Part shown: positions 11,630-26,320 of the stretch, in pieces
Position numbering within the stretch: the first letter of the stretch is position 1
Layout of the letters: the number at the start of each line of letters is the position of its first letter
From: Eledone cirrhosa
Lineage: Eukaryota
Direction: 5' to 3'
Assembly (NCBI GenBank): GCA_964016885.1
Contig: OZ024740.1
Span: 307,024,001-307,088,000, forward strand
DNA: 64,000 bases
Program-made: the position numbers and the translations under genes
The notes under the pieces: model-generated
What the model was told of the DNA's origin: nothing
The model's database searches: none
Seen by the model: the letters and a program-made list of their open reading frames with translations, nothing else

Positions 11630-12971
11630 TGTGTGTATGTGGGGTGTATATATATATATATATACATTTGTGTTTCTGTGTATGTGTGGTGTATATATAC
11701 ATTTGTGCTTTTGTGTATGTGGGGTGTATATATATATATACATTTGTGTTTCTGTGTATGTGGGGTCATCATCATCATCATCATCATCATCGTTTAACGT
11801 CCATTTCCCACGCTAGCATGGGTATGGATGGGAATTGTCCCACTTAAGGCAAGATTGGTTGTCTTGCTCAGGACTGTCTGGCAGGTTTTCTACGGCTGGA
11901 TGCCCTTCCTAACACCAACCACGTTTACAGTATGGACTGGGAGGTTTTTACCGTGTTACCTAGACAGCCACATTACAGCGTGGACTGTGTGTTTTTTTTG
12001 TCGTGACACCTACACGACCTCATTTATTTAGGACTGGATGTTGTGGTACCAACATAGCTTTACATCGAAAGGGGTGGTGTAGATGGCGGTGGGGGTACGG
12101 TTAGTGGGACGGGGGTGTATTTTGGTTAAGAGGTGCCTACTGACTGTAGGTTTCGCTTTGTACTTAGGCAAGGCGGGTCTTCTGTATTACTACGTAGCGC
12201 CAAAGATCTCGGTCCAGTGACATTGTCTTGGAGAGGTGTAAGTGTGTGAGGTCGGATTTTATCAAGTCGTCCCAGGTTTTTCTGGGTCTACCTACTCTGT
12301 AGCTATTGTCTATTTTGATCGCCCTGCACTTTTTTATACAGCTGTCATCTTTCATGTGCATCACGTGACCATACCAACGTAGTCTACTCTCGAGTAAACA
12401 GCATCTGATCCCTCTTATTCCTAATTTCTCACTTAGTTCATTTATGCTTTGCCGTTCGCGTATATTACTATTACACATCCAACGGAGCATGCAAGCTTCG
12501 TTCCTCTCCAGTCTGCGTAGATCCTCTGCACACAAGGCCCAAGTCTCACTGCAATGTAACATCGCTGTTTGTATGCAGGCTTCATACAGTCTGCCTTTCA
12601 TTTTTAGAAAGAAACCTTTAGTGGCCAATAGTGGTATAAGCTCTCTTAACTTTTTCCATCTCGTTCGGGCTCTAGCTACAGTACTTTCGGAGCACCCTCC
12701 ACCACTGCTGATTTTGTCACCCAGGTAACGGAAGCTGTCCACTATTTCTATAGAACCATCTGGGCAATGGAATGAGCTAGTATTCTGTGGGCATTTGTGT
12801 ATATATATATTTATGCTGTGTATGTGGGATGTAAATATACATTTGTGCTTCTGTATATGTGGGGTGTATATATATATATTTGTGCTTCTGTATATGTGGG
12901 GTGTATATATACATTTGTGCTTCTGTATATGTGGAGTGTATATATACATTTGTGCTTCTGTATGTGGGGTG

Positions 12972-12975
<4 letters not shown>
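11630..12975. repeat. ~35-bp minisatellite split by an RTE insertion
   Basis: TGTATGTGGGGTGTATATATACATTTGTGCTTC units at 11630-11765 and 12796-12975. Confidence 0.75.
11766..12795 (-). mobile_element. RTE subfamily A, 3' fragment
   Basis: ORF 12164-12795 (FRYLG...RLRWYGHV...GRPRKTW), shared 3' UTR and (GAT)n tail. Confidence 0.9.
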
Positions 12976-13016
<41 letters not shown>

Positions 13017-13019
<3 letters not shown>

Positions 13020-13387
13020 GGGCGAAGGGTCTGTGCATGCAACGCATGCAGTGCATGCGTTAATGCGTTATAGAATCTTGAGTTGATCAATTGCTTACTA
13101 AAACATATAGACACAAAAAAAGATAACACACACACACATACACACACACAAACACATACACACAAACACATGACAGCTTTGGGGCAAGCAGAATTTTGAC
13201 TGCTTACTAAATTGTAGACACATAAAAAGATAACATACACACACACACTAGATAACACTACATGCGGCTTTGACCGGGAGGGTCATTTAGAGGGAATTGG
13301 GGGGGGGGGGGGAAGGCTGCACAGCCCCACTTTCCGCCATAGCTATTGGACTGCATGCTCTGCTTTCCAGGTTACACTTTGCCACTG
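13017..13387. mobile_element. MITE with short hAT-like TIRs
   Basis: CAGGGGCGAAG at left and CTTTGCCACTG at right (9/11 match), inserted in (TA)n. Confidence 0.5.
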
Positions 13388-13390
13388 ATA

Positions 13391-13707
13391 TCATCATCAT
13401 CATCATCATCATCATCACCGTTTAACGTTCATGTTCCACGCTTGCATGGGTTTGGACGGGGGTAGTCCCACTTGAGGCAAGAGTGATTGTCTTGCTCGCA
13501 TAGGACTGTCTGGCAGGTTTTCTACAGTTGGATGCCCTTCCTAACACCAACCACATTTACAGTGTGGGTCTGGGAGGTTTTTACCGTGTTGCCTACACGG
13601 CCACATTACAGCGTGGACTGTGTGTTTTTGTCGTGACACCTACACGATCTCATTTGTTTCGGCCTGGATGGCGCGGCACCAACATAACTTTACATAGAAC
13701 GGGGTAG
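13391..13707 (-). mobile_element. RTE-A 3' UTR fragment
   Basis: Near-identical reverse complement of 9890-10200. Confidence 0.88.
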
Positions 13708-15525
13708 CGTAGTGTATATACAGAGAGTGTATATACAGGTAGTGTATATACAGGTAGTGTATATACAGGTAGTGTATATGCAGGTAGTGTATATACAGGT
13801 AGTGTATATGCAGAGAGTGTATATACAGGTAGTGTATATACAGGTAGTGTATATACAGGTAGTGTATATACAGGTAGTGTATATGCAGGTAGTGTATATA
13901 CAGGTAGTGTATATACAGATAGTGTATATACAGGTAATGTATATGCAGAGAGTGTATATGCAGGTAGTGTATATACAGGTAGTGTATATGCAGATAGTGT
14001 ATATACAGGTAGTGTATATACAGATAGTGTATATACAGGTAGTGTATATACAGATAGTGTATATACAGGTAGTGTATATACAGGTAGTGTATATACAGGT
14101 AGTGTATATACAGGTAGTGTATATGCAGGTAGTGTATATACAGGTAGTGTATATGCAGAGAGTGTATATACAGGTAGTGTATATACAGGTAGTGTATATA
14201 CAGGTAGTGTATATACAGGTAGTGTATATGCAGGTAGTGTATATACAGGTAGTGTATATACAGATAGTGTATATACAGGTAATGTATATGCAGAGAGTGT
14301 ATATGCAGGTAGTGTATATACAGGTAGTGTATATGCAGATAGTGTATATACAGGTAGTGTATATACAGATAGTGTATATACAGGTAGTGTATATACAGAT
14401 AGTGTATATACAGGTAGTGTATATACAGGTAGTGTATATACAGATAGTGTATATACAGATAGTGTATATACAGATAGTGTATATACAGGTAGTGTATATA
14501 CAGGTAGTGTATATACAGATAGTGTATATACAGGTAGTGTATATACAGGTAGTGTATATACAGGTAGTGTATATACAGGTAGTGTATATACAGATAGTGT
14601 ATATACAGATAGTGTATATACAGGTAGTGTATATGCAGAGAGTGTATATGCAGGTAGTGTATATACAGGTAGTGTATATGCAGATAGTGTATATACAGGT
14701 AGTGTATATACAGATAGTGTATATACAGGTAGTGTATATACAGATAGTGTACATACAGGTAGTGTATATACAGGTAGTGTATATACAGGTAGTGTATATA
14801 CAGGTAGTGTATATACAGATAGTGTATATACAGGTAGTGTATATACAGGTAGTGTATATACAGATAGTGTATATACAGGTAGTGTATATACAGGTAGTGT
14901 ATATGCAGGTAGTGTATATACAGAGAGTGTATATGCAGGTAGTGTATATACAGGTAGTGTATATGCAGGTAGTGTATATACAGGTAGTGTATATGCAGGT
15001 AGTGTATATACAGGTAGTGTATATGCAGGTAGTGTATATACAGGTAGTGTATATACAGGTAGTGTATATGCAGATAGTGTATATACATGTAGTGTATATG
15101 CAGGTAGTGTATATACAGGTAGTGTATATGCAGGTAGTGTATATGCAGGTAGTGTATATGCAGGTAGTGTATATACAGGTAGTGTATATACAGGTAGTGT
15201 ATATACAGGTAGTGTATATACAGATAGTGTATATACAGGTAGTGTATATGCAGGTAGTGTATATACAGGTAGTGTATATACAGGTAGTGTATATGCAGAT
15301 AGTGTATATACATGTAGTGTATATGCAGGTAGTGTATATACAGGTAGTGTATATACAGATAGTGTATATACAGGTAGTGTATATACAGGTAGTGTATATG
15401 CAGGTAGTGTATATACATGTAGTGTATATGCAGGTAGTGTATATACAGGTAGTGTATATACAGGTAGTGTATATACAGGTAGTGTATATACAGGTAGTGT
15501 ATATGCAGGTAGTGTATATGCAGAT
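13708..15525. repeat. 15-bp minisatellite (AGTGTATATACAGGT)n, about 120 units
   Basis: Direct reading; variants ATGCAGGT, CAGAT, CAGAG. Confidence 0.97.
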
Positions 15526-15646
15526 ATGTGGCCCTATGTGTGTATGTACGTTTGTTGATATGGGTGGATGAGTGAGCAGGCTTGTAGGGGAATGCTTTTG
15601 TGTGTGTGTGCATGTTTTGCTCTTTGTTATTATTTTATATACATAG

Positions 15647-15800
15647 GGCGGTGGATTGGCAGTATCGGTAGAGCGTCGGACACCATGGTTTGACGCATGA
15701 AGTTAACTTTGCCTTTCATCCTTACGGGGTCGATAAAATAAAGTACCAGTAATACACTGTATTATTGCTGGCCTTGTGCCAAAAGTAGAAACAATTATTT
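15647..15800 (+). mobile_element. SINE family 1 copy with internal deletion
   Basis: Head and Nin-like block present, B-box segment missing. Confidence 0.8.
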
Positions 15801-18189
15801 TATATACATAGGTAGTGTATTTAGGTATGTAAGTGCAGATTTGTGTTTGTGTGTATGTGTATACACGTGTGTGTGTGTATGAGTATGTGTGTTAGACTAT
15901 GTACTAGTTTGCATTTGTATGTATTTTTATTGTTTTATGTAGTAACTTGTGTGAGTGTGTGTGTGTTCTCAGTCCTCTGCACTCACTCCTCCATCAACCA
16001 AGCAACTATTCTAGCTCTCCTGTCCCCACCCTAATCTACCCCCCAATCCCACCATAAGTCACTCTTCTATGCACCCTGAATAAGTATACAAAAATATACA
16101 AAAAAAAAAAATCAACAATCATAAAAGCAAAAAGGAAACTGCTAAATAACCCTTTTGAAACCAGGCCACATACCAGAATATATCAAGCAGCTGACAAGTT
16201 ATCCATTGCTCACCTCTCACCTCTGACCCCACAGAGGAGGAGGAGGAGGGTGGGGAAAGAGAAGGAGATAAAAAAAAGATTTGCTTCTCTCACTTTACTA
16301 TTGCTACTGCTTTCCTACATACAAACACACATTGACAACACAAACACACACACTGACATACACACATAAAGAAGCATCGGTGTGGTTGGTCCCCACCCAA
16401 GCTATAGTACTTTTATTGCTTCCTTTTGCAAGTAGTAGTGTTGGTGGATAAGGACTGGTGATAGTGGTAGAAATTGTGGTTGAAATGGTGATAATGGAAA
16501 TGGGGATGTGGTAGGTGGTGGTGATGAGAGGAGCAGTATGGATTGGAAATGAGAAGGGAAACATAGCACTATTGGAGGTAATTGCTTTTGTTTAGCCCTT
16601 GGTCATCTCTGCTTAACCCTTTTCTGACCATATTTCTAATGAAGAATTCGGAATGATTTTATAAAATTATTATTTCATTCTTAAGACAGTAAAATAACAA
16701 ATGGTTCTGTATTGAATTATATTGGGAGATATTAATCTAAATAGTAACCCTTTAAATGGTTGGTTTTGTTTCATAAAACCCGAGGCAGTTGTAACTATCC
16801 CATTTTTCTATAATGTACAAGGAACCTATAAGTCAACTCGCATTAAGTTGACTTATGATCAAAAGCATTCTAACAATAACCATCTAATCTTTTTTCCTGG
16901 ATAGTATATGATAGGGCTACATCATCCTCTGTTTTCATCCATCTTTAGGGTGTGATTTGAATGCTATTTCTAACAAGTTGAGTGACCTCATAGAGGTTCC
17001 TTTGATGGCTTGTGTTTTCATATGTTGGTGGCAATGATGTGGTGATATTGGTATAGGTGTAGTACTGTTAGTGGTTGTATGGAGATAGTGGTTTGAGTGT
17101 GAAAGACTTTGTGGTCACTACAGTATAATAATTGTTGTTTAACCCCAAGTCAGCCTGGCAGACCTATAATCAGATTCTAGCCTTGGCTATCCAGTTTTTC
17201 TTTTTTCAGATATAGTGTTCTTAGCACTATCAAAGGTATATTTCTTTTTTATGATTGTAGGGTATAATTTGAGGTACATTTGACTGCTATTTCTAGCAGG
17301 TGAAACGACCATGCAGATGATTCCTTGTTTAGCACAAAACGTTTTACAGCCATGACTGACCCATCTTTTCCCTATGTGGAGGTGACTCAGAACCATTTTC
17401 TCTCAAATGATTAGTGTAGCTGTTATGTAACACAAGAGGAGCTCTGATCAAGCTGTCTTATTGCATGTAAGAAGTTGATCCACAGATCCATCTGTCCAGT
17501 TATACCAGCTCTTCATCTAGCTGAAGACCATCCTGTGGTTGTGGTAAGCTAGCTGTATGTAACAGAAAGATATATTAGAGCAGTTGCAAGTGGCTTAGTG
17601 AGCGCATCACCATTTAACATCCATTATCCATGCTAGCATGAGTTAGACGAGCTGTCCTGTTGTAAGACAATGACCATGTCTTGCTCATACAGAACTGATT
17701 TATACTTGGTTTCTACAGCTGGATGCCCTTCCTAACGCCAACCAAATTTACAGTGTGTACTGGGTGCTTTATGTGTGTGTATATTTATAGGGGTTGTTTA
17801 GGATTTAAAGAGAGATTAATTGTGATGCTTATTATGTTACCTCATTTATTATCTGTATTATTTCACTGTCAGAATGTTCTAACTCTTTACGTTCTGAGTT
17901 CAAATCCTGCTTTTGTGTGTCAGGATATTCTGGGGTTGTATGTGGGATGTCCACCAAATGTGGTTACCTTCACCTCCATTTTAGGTATTCTTTCTAGTTC
18001 TTATTTTGTTGTTTTGTACTGTTATTTCTACTTACTTATGACAGTGTCTTTCTTATTATTGCTTTACTTTAACTAGATGTGAATCTTCCATTGTCTTTTG
18101 TTTGTTGTTGTCATGTATTACATGTTTGTTGTTGTCTTGACAGCCATATATCGCATCTGGCAGAATTTTTAGTAACTTGGGAAGGAGTG

Positions 18190-18480
18190 ACACTGATAAG
18201 AAAGGACCCAACCAAGTGGAACATGAGAGAGAACCTCAGGCCTTTACCTCTAATGAACACAGCTGAAGATTTTGGCAAAGGTTCTCACCAAGAGGTTGGC
18301 ACTTGTCATTGGTAGTGTAACTGGAGATATGCAGACCTGTGCAATCATTGGCAGATCTATCCATGACAACCCCTATCTCATAAGATATGTTGTAGACAGA
18401 GTTTGGAGTAGACCTAGCTTTGGTTAAGCAGTGGTCAATCTAGATCAGACCAAAACTTTTGACAGGGTCTACCATTATTC
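18190..18480 (+). mobile_element. Degenerate Tx1/L1-type RT fragment
   Basis: LIRKDP..NLRPLPLMN and LDQTKTFDRVYH resemble the RPITLLN and DQxKAFDRVDH motifs. Confidence 0.5.
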
Positions 18481-18489
18481 ATAAGGTTG

Positions 18490-18590
18490 TTCTCCATCTT
18501 TGATGAAGCCCACTTTCACTTAGAAGAGAAGATCAAGTCTAAGAACAATGGGTTCTGGGAGTCAGAGAAACCCAATGAAGTGGTAAGAAA
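18490..18590 (+). mobile_element. Tc1/mariner-superfamily transposase fragment
   Basis: FDEAHFHLEEKIKSKNNGFWESEKP resembles SDEAHFHLxGxVNKQNxRxWGSENP. Confidence 0.5.
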
Positions 18591-18689
18591 TAGGGATTGA
18601 AATTGGTAGAGTAGGAGAAGAGTCAGTAAATCAATTAGAAGAGATGTATAGAAGAGTCATTGCAAATGATATGCTAGCATTGACCTGGC

Positions 18690-20450
18690 TCTCAACCATT
18701 ATCATCTGCAATTCCACATTATCCTTTTATAAATTAGCACCTGATCTTTTGTTCCCCTTGTCTGCTTTCTTCATCCTTTCTGCTCTATAGGCAGTAAATT
18801 CTTGGTTTCCAAGTGTTCATAAGCTTCTGCTAACATGCCAGCCAATAACTTTCAACACACTTTCATCTCCAATTTTGTCATACCAGGTGTTAGCTAATCA
18901 GGAATGTTCCCCGTTTGCAAGAATTTATTCAGAAGTGCAGCCATTTTTGGTTGAATTGGTGTGATGTATTTCAACCAATATCCTTGTAGCCCATCAATTT
19001 GGCAGTTTCTTTACTTCTCTGGTAACCACACTGGTTGTTATGGTCCCATTTAATTGTTTACTGTTTTTGTTTCAAATCTTCTCTTAACTCTCTGACCCAC
19101 TCTACTTGTTTATTGTGCTTTTCTCCATTACCCCATATGTCATTCCAAAATTGTTGGCTTTCCTCTGAATCAGAAATTTTGTCTTCAATTCTGTTCATCC
19201 CCTCCAACTTTTTAAATAATGTTTTTTTAATTGTTTTAGAACATTCTATTTTGATTGAATTCATTAATCTTATTACTGTATCTTCTCACATTTGCTGCAG
19301 CAGTTTTAATCCTTTATTTGATTTCTTTAATGATAATTCCTTTCTCTTTGGTACACACTTTATATTTCTTTTCCATATGTTTCTTTAGTTATGAGAATTG
19401 TATTTTATCTGCCTTTATACTTTCTAGTTTGCTCAAATCTACCCTAAATTGCTTTATTTCATTCTCAATTCACTGTTTCTACAATGGTTTCCCCCCCTTC
19501 TTTTGCTTTATTTTAGAACCAAATTCTTTTGCAATAACATTAGTGGTAGCCAAACGAATATTGTTTTGTTCTGTGATGGAGTTAAGAACAGAATATTTGA
19601 CATCATCATCAACAGCCTTTGTTTTTTCCCTCAGTTTTTTTTTCTGGTTGATTCCTCTTAAATTTGGAGGCTTTGCACTGTTAGTTTTTTTTCAACTTCA
19701 AAATTGACAAATCCATAATCAAAATGTTATCATCACTTTCCCCATCAATTCACATTCTATTCAAGATATTGTCTCTTACATTTATTCTGATTGCAGGCAA
19801 CATTTTCGTTACCTATCAATCTATATTAGTGTTTCTATGCTCATCAATTTCTTGTACCATTTGCTGTTCAACCTGTTCATTTCATTACTATTAAATCCTT
19901 TCATTACTATTAAATCCTTTGTCTTCTTCCACTTCCTTTTGTGCCAGCATTCTCCGTATTTCTTCCAACTCTAACTACCCATTCGTTTTTATTGTCAACA
20001 TTTTCCTTGCAAGTTTGTGTTCCAACATTTAAAACAATCCAATATCCTCCTACACATTCAACACCCTTCCTCTGAATCCTCTTCTGTTTGGTTCACTAAG
20101 AAAATAACATCTCATAACAAGCTTTTTCATTTCTTTTGTCCATTTTATTCTGCAGTTCCTTCTGTTGGCAGTTACTTGATGACAGTCAGGGCTTTGCAGC
20201 TTATTCCCAAAGCATGTGCTGGCCAAGAGAACTTCACGACTCAATCTACTCTCATTTACGTCATTATTCAAATCTGTTTGATGAGATATTACTCTCATGA
20301 ATGAGGTTTGTGTTCTAAGATTTCCACCAACTGGTTCTTTTTTTTTTTGTTTTTGAGACACCATTGACACCATCCCTAGGAAGATTGTCAGCCAAGATTG
20401 AAGAGCTCTTTCTACACAAGAGGGAAGAATATCCCCTGCCAAATACCAGC
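18690..20450 (-). mobile_element. Degenerate R4/Dong-type element, N-terminal part
   Basis: RIKWTKEMKKLVMRCYFLSEP..RGFRGRV and SQQFWNDIWG..EWVREL segments; same family as 22883-23251. Confidence 0.6.
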
Positions 20451-20599
20451 CTGGTATTTTTCATCTTGGGGCATTTATCATTATTATTAGGGTTCTTGTT
20501 TGTAAATCTCAGACACTTAGATGTTAAACGATCTAAATATTTTAGTTAGCGACAAAGCAACAAGTTGACAAAGGTCTCTCACTGCATTCTCTCATATGT

Positions 20600-23420
20600 T
20601 TTACATAGATAAGACTTTCCTTAAAATTCATCCTTGCCGTACCAAGAAGTCTTGTCTTCTGCATGACCTGTAACCTTGTATCAATTCAGATTCTATTTAC
20701 ACTGTACTCAAAACTATCCAATATGCATCCCAATGATCTGATCACCACTGGAATCATTAAACCTACCTTCATCATCCACAACTTTCCAGCCTCACTCTCC
20801 AGTAGCTCATACTTCTCCATCTTTTCATGCTCTTTATCCTTCACTCTACTATCTCCTGGAACAGATATATCAGTAATTTGAGCCTCATTTTTCTTCTTGT
20901 TTACAACTAAAATGTCTGGCCTTCTTGCCTCAATCATTTTAGCACATTGAAGGGTAAAGTCACACAAAAGTTTAAATTCGTCATTCTCTAGCACCCCTTC
21001 TGGTCTCTGTTCATACCATTTAGTTGCTCTAACAAACCTACATTTCTCAGATAACATCCAATTGATATATCTGACAACATTGGTGAATTGGCAGTATTGG
21101 TAGAGGGTCAGACATGCTTTCCAGCGTAGTTACGTCCCTTTACGATCTGAGTTCAAATCCCGCCGAGGTTAACTTTGCCTTTCATCCTTACGGGGTCGAT
21201 AAAATAAAGTACCAGTAATACACTGGGTAATTGCTGGCCTTGTGCCAAAAGTAGAAACAATTATCATGTATTTTGTACTCTCGTTGTGCCAACTTAACAC
21301 ATTCGCTTATAATATGACTGACCGTTTCTACATTAGTTCTACACATTCTACATTATGGAGATTTTATCATTTTGTCAACATGATGTTAAATATAGTTAGT
21401 TTAAAGAGCCTACTCCTGGGCGCTGCACATCAGAGCTTGAGAGCATCCTTTCAGATCACCATTTTTAAGCTACAACCAGGTCTTTTCTCAATCAATGCCT
21501 ACTTTATCTCTAGTCTACTGTCCATGAATAAGTTTATCCTTCCATTCTTTTTTAAGTACTTTTTTCACTCTCTTTTTACATTCATTAGGTGCTACTGCAT
21601 CAGCAGATTTCAGTGTGTCGAGGTCTCTTACTTTTGACATGATGTCACCCCTTACATTTTAAAGGTACCAAACTAGGTTGTTTTCTTCGCTTTTGACACA
21701 ATTTTAATAACTTATTAGTCCTCTACTGCCTTTCTTCCAACACAATGTCTTGTGACATCACTCTTCAGGTGGAGTTCTTTCTTTATGCACTGTCATCAAT
21801 TTCCTAGTTTTCCTATCAATACTTTCCAAATCATCTTTTCTCTATTTAATAACTCCTGCCCAATAGTGCATGAGAGACACAGCCCATGTATTTGTTGCTT
21901 TGATCTTATTCCTTCCATTCAATTTAGACGACATTACAAGTCTCACCCACTTGAGGCATTCTGTTTCCTCTTTTATTCATTTCTTTCTCTTCGATCTTAT
22001 CCAACTCCCATGTACTTGTATCCTTTCTTCCCCACTTCTTTAATAGTCTGGCCATTTGCAATCTCAACCCCTCTACTCTTTGTTAGTTTTCCATGTTTCA
22101 GGGTTACAACGCCATATTTGTTTTTGTCAAACTCCATCTCAATATCCTGACTAACCAGGTTTACAGTAGATGTTAAGCCGTCAATTTTGTCATCTTTTTT
22201 TGTAAATAACTTTAAATCATCCAGGAGTAAGAGATGGTTAATCTCAATACCATCTAGCACATATCCCATTTTCACTTTTCTCAGGATTTTGGTCAGGGGC
22301 ATCATGCAGATGACCAATAAGAGTGGTGATAAACTGTCTCCCTGAAATATACCCCTTTGTATTTCAACAGATCCTAACTGTTCCTTCACAGGAAATTAAC
22401 TCCGTTTCCCAGCTTGTCATCGATCTTTCTGTAAACCTAAGTACATTGTCTGACACTTGAGTAAATTTCAGAGTCTAATATCCAACTGTGGGGGACTATG
22501 TCGTAGGGCCTATGACATAGTCTCCCAAACGTAGGCTTTCTTATAGTCCATCCATGCCATAGCTAAGTTCTTGTGTCACATTTTACAATCTGCAAGGATT
22601 GTTTTATCAATCAGCAGTTGAACTTTTGTCCTCCTGCTGTTCTTTATGCAACCTTTCTGCTTTTCTGGTAGAATTTCATTATCCCCAAGGAACTTATACA
22701 CAATCTCCGAGATGATTCCAGTCATAAGTTTCCATGTTAGTGGTAAGCAAGATATGGTTCTAAAAGAAATCTACTACATTGCCTTTAGAAGGTTTCTTCT
22801 GACAGAGCACAGTCCTACCTGTTGTCATCCATATATCTATATCTGTATGGTTGTTTAACATGGTATTCATTTGAGCTGTGATTCACTCATATAAAGATGT
22901 CACCTTCTTCAACCAAAAGCCCTGGACCCCATCAGGTCCAAGAGCTTTCCAATTAGGAATTCTTTTTACTTGCATGTATAATGTTCCTGTTATTTCAATA
23001 TAACTTTCCTTTATATTTGTTTTATTTTCCTTCAAATCCTTCAACCATTCACCTTTCTTATTATGCTGTACCTCATTATCCCAGATGTTTAACCAAAACC
23101 ATTTGCTTTCTTTTGCATCCAGTGTCACTCTTTCTTTCTTAACCTTGAGGTATTGATACATTAATTTCTGATCATACTTGAACATTCTATTGATTCTATA
23201 TTGTTGTGTTCTTTGTTCAAATCTTCTCAGTTTGGATGCCATGGCCTGCACCCTTTATTTCACCTACTCAATAACAATATTTATACCTTTCTCCTGTACT
23301 TTCAAGATGTTTCTTTTCATATTCCAATATGTTAATATACCTCCTGAATTTGTTAATTGATTCTCAAATTCTTGTCTTCCACCAGGGTTCCTTCTCTTTT
23401 TTCTCATTGTTTTGGGCCCG
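20600..23420 (-). mobile_element. Degenerate R4/Dong-type element (RT plus REL), interrupted by a SINE
   Basis: NWKALGPDGVQGFWLKK, RGIFQGDSLSPLL, NHLLLLDDLKLF, DF..ARRPDILVV..DISVP..EKMEKY. Confidence 0.8.
21083..21263 (+). mobile_element. SINE family 1 copy
   Basis: Close match to 160-356. Confidence 0.85.
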
Positions 23421-23851
23421 TTATTTTAGAGAATCCTAGGCTATGACTAGTAGCCTAGGATAACTCCAACCTTTTCATGTCCTTTCTTGTCATTTCATTA
23501 CTGCTGGTAGTACAGAACCTTTTTCAATGTTTGAGCTGTTCCCAGTAGGCATGACATCTGGTGTGGTTCAATGGCTGGTGCAAAGTCTATCTTCAACAGG
23601 TAGTTCTGAGGGTTCTTTGTCCCCATGCCAAGAACACCAATCCTCTCTAGGACAATGGTGACTATCTATATTTCATTACTCCAGAATTTCAAGATTTGTA
23701 TAAACTCCTATTTTCCCCTTCTGTTATTGTTTAATTCTGGTATCAAAAGGACACACTAGATCTATGTCACACTCTACTTAGAAAACTTTCCATGGTTAAA
23801 CTATGCAGTCTTTATACTCTCTGTACACATACACTACACTATCATTCTTAA

Positions 23852-24074
23852 CCCTTTAGCATTTAAACTGGCTGTATCTGACCAGAACTCTCTCATCTCT
23901 TTCTGTTGAAACTGGCCATAACCAGCCATTCATACTGATGTTAAGGTATTGTTCTCAAAATAAATAATATCAAAATCTCGTAGATTCGATATCAAAGTGA
24001 GATAATTATGTGAGATAAGCTTTTACTCTGAAAATGTAATAGTATATATATAGAATAATGTAAATGCTAAAGGG
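23852..24074. mobile_element. piggyBac-type MITE
   Basis: TTAA-CCCTTTAGCATTTA...TAAATGCTAAAGGG; same family at 39045, 45783 and 46351. Confidence 0.75.
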
Positions 24075-24879
24075 TTCAATACAATAAAAGATGAGATTTT
24101 TTCTAGCATGTTTCAATATTACATTTGTTATAAGAAACAAATGCTTAAAAATAGAACTAGAATTGACATGCTGCCAAGAATTATTTACTACATATATCAA
24201 TAAAAGTATGAACGAAAAAATACTAGTTAGTTTTTCATTAGATTAATCACGTGGACAATGTTAAGATAGAGAGGAGGGGGGGGGGGTTAGAGAGATGTGA
24301 CCTTTGCTTCTCAAAATAATTTTTCATTTCATATTGCTTTACAGTTAATATCCAGTAGTGACAGCTGAAAATGTTTTTGTTAATTCAAATGTTTATAGTA
24401 TACTTACTGGTGGAAAGATCATTATGAAAATTTGCAGCACACTAAAGCAAAGACTTTAATTTTTAATGTGATGCAGATGTGGTGCTGCTTTCTACTTTTG
24501 AACAATGTCTTGCAAATGTGGTTTCATGTGGTATAGGATGTTAAGGTTTTAGATATTTCTTCATGATATTGCTATGTTCATTTTTGTTTCATTTGTGGTA
24601 GTAATGGTGGTAGTGTTAGGTGTTCTCAGTAAACTTAATGTTCAAATTGCTTAAGTGTTGTTCTTACCGTCACCTGCCAGGTTTTGATAAAATTAATTAC
24701 ATTCACATTTACAGTGTTAGTAGCAGGATTTGAATTAACCATTTTGATATCAACCTGACCAAAACTGGCTCTGGTTCTTTTAAACAAAACCAACCATTCT
24801 TAAGGGTTCCTGTTTAAATTAAAATCTAACTAAATTTTATATAAGAACCAAATGTTAAGTTACTACCTTAGAAATGAAA

Positions 24880-25068
24880 TAATTGTTTCTACTTTTGGCA
24901 CAAGGCCAGTAATTACCCAATACATTACTGGTACTTTATTTTATCAACCCCATAAGGATGAAAGGCAAAGTTGACCTCGGCGGGATTTGAACTCAGACCG
25001 TAAAGGGACATAACTATACTGGAAAGCATGGCCCCCGACTCTCTCCCGATGCTGTCAATCCACCGCCC
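24880..25068 (-). mobile_element. SINE family 1 copy
   Basis: Reverse-complement match to the consensus. Confidence 0.85.
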
Positions 25069-25573
25069 TTAGTAATGAAATAATGAATAATTTTAGTAAA
25101 ACCCTTGAAATTCTTCATTGATTAATTGAAATGGTGTGTTTTTCATTTGAAATATGGTCATAAAAGGGCTAAACTCTTTAAATGTGTGTAACAGTATATA
25201 ATCCAACATTTTAATCAGTGAGCCTCTAACACAAGTTCATCTTTTACACCACCACTCTGAAAAAGAAAAACACACTGTCCACAGCATGCTTCACTACATT
25301 GCACTTTATAAACTCACCCTATGTAGCTTTATTTATTACACTTTTTCTTATCATATGTCACATGAAATACACTACCTATGATTTTCAAATAATTTTGAAA
25401 ATATCAAAAATATAGAAAGATTTAGCAAAATAACTAATTTCCTCATTATTAAACTGGTGTTTGAAATATAACTTAACAAAGGTATTTACATAAAAGGGAC
25501 CTTTTCAGATTAAGTAATCTGATGTAACTAACACTGTGATCTAAACACTTAAGAAAAAACAAAACAAAACACA

Positions 25574-25604
<31 letters not shown>

Positions 25605-26148
25605 TTCATAGAACCAAGGGCAGTTTGGTATATAAAAAAGTGAAGTTAAGCTAATTTGGGAACCTCAATTTAGTTGTTCTACCTACAAGATATAGCAGTC
25701 AAATGCTCCTTAAATTACACCCTATTATATCAAAAAGAAAGGGACTCATCATGATATAGTCATATATATGCAATATTCAAGAGAGAAACAGGTCAAGTGG
25801 TCATGGCTGGAATGCTTTTGATCATAGTTCTTCTTAATCAGGGCTAAATGAGTACTAAACAACAACTTCAACTGCCAATTAAGGTAACATCTTTTACACA
25901 TGTTTCATATAGTGTTTGCTGACAATAATGAAAACAGTTCTCTTGCTGCCATTTGCATAATACCGCCTATATTTTCCACAATTACCTACAGAAAACATGG
26001 AGTAGATTGTGCTGTAAATATATTACACATATGAATTACAGAAGCTATGTTTTGTTCTTGTAGGTCAATATTTTCTGCATTATTAACCAACATTCAGTTG
26101 CTCACTGGAAGGGGTATATTTTCAGCTAGAATTTAATGAAACAAATAC

Positions 26149-26320
26149 TTGTTTCTACTTTAGGCACAAGGCCAGCAATTACCCAGTGCATTACTGGTAC
26201 TTTATTTTATCGACCCTGTAAGGATGAAAGCAAAGTCAACCTCGGCGGGATTTGAACTCAGATCGTAAAGGGACGTAACTATGCTTGAAAGCATGGCGTC
26301 CGACCCTCTACCGATACTGA
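26149..26320 (-). mobile_element. SINE family 1 copy
   Basis: Reverse-complement match to the consensus. Confidence 0.85.

Noticed and set aside
13640-15613. 657-aa His/Tyr-rich ORF and 619-aa opposite-strand ORF
   Set aside because: Translations of a 15-bp minisatellite open on both strands; no unique coding flanks
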